A stretch of 64,000 nt of DNA. Origin: Callorhinchus milii. Taxonomy: Eukaryota. Location of the stretch: positions 70,184,001-70,248,000 of the forward strand of contig NW_024704744.1 of the NCBI RefSeq assembly GCF_018977255.1, given 5' to 3'. Positions 62,392 through 64,000 of this stretch are shown here, one piece after another. The position numbers and the translations under genes were made by a program. The notes under the pieces were generated by a model. It was not told where the DNA came from and did no database searches. It worked only from the letters and a program-made list of their open reading frames with translations. The first letter of the stretch is position 1, and every line of letters begins with the position of its first letter.

Positions 62392-64000
62392 TGAGGGGAA
62401 GGGGTAACTGATAGATTGGACATGTATACGTGTTATCACAATAAGATCTTGTGCTCTGTATCTGTATTGGTATCTGTAATTCCTTATATATGGTGTGTAA
62501 AATGCTTTGCAGCATCCTCCTGATGCGAAAGGTGCTTTATAGTTCTAAATTGTATTATGGCTATTCGGAAGGTGTTTTTCGCTGTGGTGGGAAAGGGGTG
62601 GAGGGGGGATGGGAATGGAGGGGCATTACACTTATACATATCTCTGAGCATATGAGGCAGGAGTAGAATGTGAAAAATATTATGCACATTGGGCTGGAAT
62701 ATACGGTGAAAATGTCAGTGTATCTTATTCCTTTAAGCTCCATGAAAGAAAATTCCTTTCTGGTGGGGTGAAAGGGTGAATTGATTCATGTGAGTGAGAT
62801 TCTTATTTGTAATAGTTTAATAGGTATGGATGAGCTGTGAGCATTCACTCCCAATTCCTTTATATATGAAAACCTTAATTTTCCTAACCTCAATACAGGA
62901 GACAGTACAGGAACTTTACTGACCCGTGACTTATTGGAAATAGAGCAGCTGAGATATTTTGCCCCAAGGCTTAGTTCAGGTATTTACTTAGTAAAGCTGG
63001 GGAAGGGGGAAGTTGAGCTTATTGAGATGACTGACGTCAATGTGGGTTTTTCTTCTCTTGCTGTCAAGTGTCAACATCTTGTCTTCATTGCCCAACAATG
63101 CGCACTTTCTAACTCACGAGCATGATTTGTTGTTTGACTCTTCTGCCTTGTGTTGTTCAATATGTGCTCTGTTGGCGAATGGATTAATCACTTTTTGTAA
63201 CTTATACTTGACAGCCTGTCTACCTATCTGCCATAGGGGCTTGTAGCAACATTGTGCAGTTTTCTCTCAATATTTCTATGCTGGATTTATTTTATACTCT
63301 CTATTGACTGAAGGGAAGGCACAAGGTGTCTTTCGCTGACAGTCCAATTTTCAGTATGTGAGAAGGGTGAGGGATGAGAGGGGGAAGGGGATGGAAGGGG
63401 GAAGGAGAAAGAATGGGAGTGAATGTTCAGTAAGTTCTCTACTAGAGAACGGATCTATTTTTGTCTGCAGTTAAAAGGAAGGTTGCTTATAGCCAGTCTG
63501 GCCAACAATCCCCAAATATAATTGCTCATTCATGGCTCCTTATGGAACATTGCTGGGTGCAAAATAGCTGCTGGATTTACCTACAAGATACAGTAACCAC
63601 ATTATATCATAAATCTTGTGAAGCACTTTGAGATGTCCCCCCGCTGTGAAAGGCACCATATGAAATGCAAAGATTTTTTTTGTTTCTTGGGTCTAGTGTT
63701 TAACTGTTAAAATTCTATTTGTTTATTAAGAATTAATTTACAAATCCCATTAAATTACCAATTGCTTTAACAATGTAGATCAGTGGTGGCCCAACCCATG
63801 ATCCAAAAGTGGCCTGCCAAACATTTGCACTAGTTTGGGTAAGTCTGTGTTAAGTCAAGACTTTGTTTCCTGTAGCTACTAAGTAGTGATATTTATGATG
63901 TTGCAATCAATCAAGAAATTTTCAATCAAGAAAAATGTGTTCAGTTGGCTGACCAAAAAGATTGGCTACCACTGATCTAGATTCTTGCCAATAGGGCACC

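Overview
This is eukaryotic, repeat-dense vertebrate DNA, not a prokaryotic or viral locus. The repeat content points to a cartilaginous fish, possibly a chimaera or elephant shark; this is inferred from repeats, not proven. It includes tRNA-derived and Deu-type SINEs sharing an L2-like 3' tail, L2 and CR1 LINE fragments, Penelope-like element (PLE) remnants and palindromic MITE-like elements. No intact protein-coding gene could be identified, and most listed ORFs are artefacts of repeats. The best-supported non-routine features are: (1) a disabled internal fragment of EXOC8/Exo84 at 13119-13465 (-), bracketed by a 10-bp direct repeat; (2) five PLE-derived hammerhead-ribozyme-like motifs, three of them within two short fold-back insertions with 13-14 bp target-site duplications; (3) a covarying stem-loop shared by the L2 and SINE tails. 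Several splice-signal-supported but unidentified candidate exons on the + strand are reported at low confidence. Repeat boundaries were read by eye and are approximate (tens of bp).
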